Source: a virus
Lineage: Duplodnaviria > Caudoviricetes
Strand: one strand, 5' to 3'
IMG/VR virus record: IMGVR_UViG_3300020187_000040
Span: 1 to 57,045 of that record
DNA: 57,045 nucleotides
This document shows positions 56,276-57,045 of the stretch, in pieces; positions within the stretch are counted from its first letter, which is position 1; each line of letters opens with the position of its first letter. A program made the translations under genes and the position numbers. The notes under the pieces are model-generated. The model searched no databases and was not told the origin of the DNA. It saw nothing but the letters and a program-made list of their open reading frames with translations.

Positions 56276-56331
56276 AAAATAATTGCCAATAAGTTTGACA
56301 TCAGCTCTTTTTTCCCTTACCTTGTATATAT
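56276..56331 (+). promoter_or_regulatory. Sigma70-type early promoter, leaderless
   Basis: TTGACA (56295)-17 bp-TACCTT, ATG at 56332, no SD. Confidence 0.7.
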
Positions 56332-56661
56332 ATGAATAAGACAATGATAATAGATAACTTAAAAATTGATCAAGTCGATTACGTCGACTCTAATGTAGTG
56401 AATGTGTTCTGCTCATTCGATACAGGCAAGGGTTACTACGAAGGCGGAATTTGCTCTGACGTAGTAGTTAGAGCAGAAGATGATTTCATTCTTGTTGATG
56501 CCGTAAAGATTAACCTTGTCGAAGGTGAAGACGGAAACGAAATTGAGTTTGCTTGCGATGCAAAGAAGTTAGAAAGTAAACTTGAGACCTTGCTTCATGG
56601 CGTGCTTCACAGCAAAATGACAAACGAAAACGAACGCAACTTAGTCGAAGCGATAGGGTAA
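56332..56661 (+). CDS. Hypothetical early protein
   Basis: 109 aa, acidic, with its own promoter. Confidence 0.75.
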   Translation: MNKTMIIDNLKIDQVDYVDSNVVNVFCSFDTGKGYYEGGICSDVVVRAEDDFILVDAVKINLVEGEDGNEIEFACDAKKLESKLETLLHGVLHSKMTNENERNLVEAIG

Positions 56662-56715
56662 AATAATTGCAATAAAGTTTGACGCACACCGGTTTTGCCC
56701 TTAGTTTATAAGTAT
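56660..56715 (+). promoter_or_regulatory. Sigma70-type early promoter, leaderless
   Basis: TTGACG (56679)-17 bp-TAGTTT, ATG at 56716. Same 37-nt spacing from -35 to ATG as the previous promoter. Confidence 0.7.
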
Positions 56716-56919
56716 ATGAAATACAACGACCCAATCGAAAGAATTCGCAAAGTTAAAGCCGAGATACTTGATCTCAGAGAGATGATCCGTAACACGGACA
56801 ACATTTATGTGATGCAGAATTGCCAACTACAAATCAATGAGTATGAAAAGTGGCTCAAGGAATGCCGGATGCAAAACGAGTTCACTTCATCCCGGAATGG
56901 TTTGCTAATTGCGGAATGA
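56716..56919 (+). CDS. Hypothetical early protein (67 aa, helical hairpin)
   Basis: ATG at 56716 (MKYNDPIERI) fits the promoter better than the track start at 56695. Confidence 0.7.
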   Translation: MKYNDPIERIRKVKAEILDLREMIRNTDNIYVMQNCQLQINEYEKWLKECRMQNEFTSSRNGLLIAE

Positions 56920-56920
56920 T

Positions 56921-56966
56921 TCGCAATTAGTTTGACTTTAATCAAAAAATAAAGGATATTAGTAAT
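56921..56966 (+). promoter_or_regulatory. Third early promoter-like element
   Basis: gcaattagtTTGACT (56932), ATG at 56967. The -10 box is weaker. Confidence 0.55.
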
Positions 56967-57045
56967 ATGACAGAACAACTAGAAACATTCATGACAGAAG
57001 AGCTAGGCATCATCGAACGCCTAGGCTCAGAACCACTCGAAGGAC
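56967..57045 (+). CDS. Partial hypothetical early protein
   Basis: MTEQLETFMTEELGIIERLGSEPLEG, open to the window end. Confidence 0.55.
   Translation, partial: MTEQLETFMTEELGIIERLGSEPLEG

Noticed and set aside
55903-56331. tRNA or structured ncRNA in the large intergenic gap; ORF 55857..56051
   Set aside because: No cloverleaf, T-loop or stable long stem is seen by eye. The ORF is low-complexity and crosses a promoter. A covariance-model search would be needed to exclude an RNA fully.

Overview
This window is the virion-morphogenesis half of a large, AT-rich tailed-phage (Caudoviricetes) genome; no host-type housekeeping genes are visible. On the minus strand, right to left, it holds: a fibre/decoration cluster, PhoH, a TM-GAF protein, a Zn-ribbon protein, a sigma factor, a putative TerS, a Zn-finger/ERCC4 nuclease, TerL, portal, prohead protease with a nested scaffold, decoration protein, major capsid protein, neck genes, two paralogous tail-tube proteins, a 3289-aa tape-measure protein (TMP), tail-tip proteins and several adhesin-like fibres. 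Tail-chaperone-like genes and a small accessory block are on the plus strand. Small early-type genes start after a non-coding gap at about 56 kb. No tail sheath is seen, so the tail is probably long and non-contractile. The most striking feature lies inside the TMP: about 960 residues form an array of unrelated globular cassettes, at least one with PD-(D/E)XK nuclease-like motifs, each delimited by a repeated [S/A]GGF[V/I/M]PNF peptide. This is a candidate TMP-borne, processed polyprotein that delivers effectors. A regulatory code is also readable: a GTGTA element upstream of 14 genes, an extended palindromic variant shared by the capsid and major-tail operons, and sigma70-type leaderless promoters for early genes. 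All calls come from reading motifs and gene order by eye; no searches were run.
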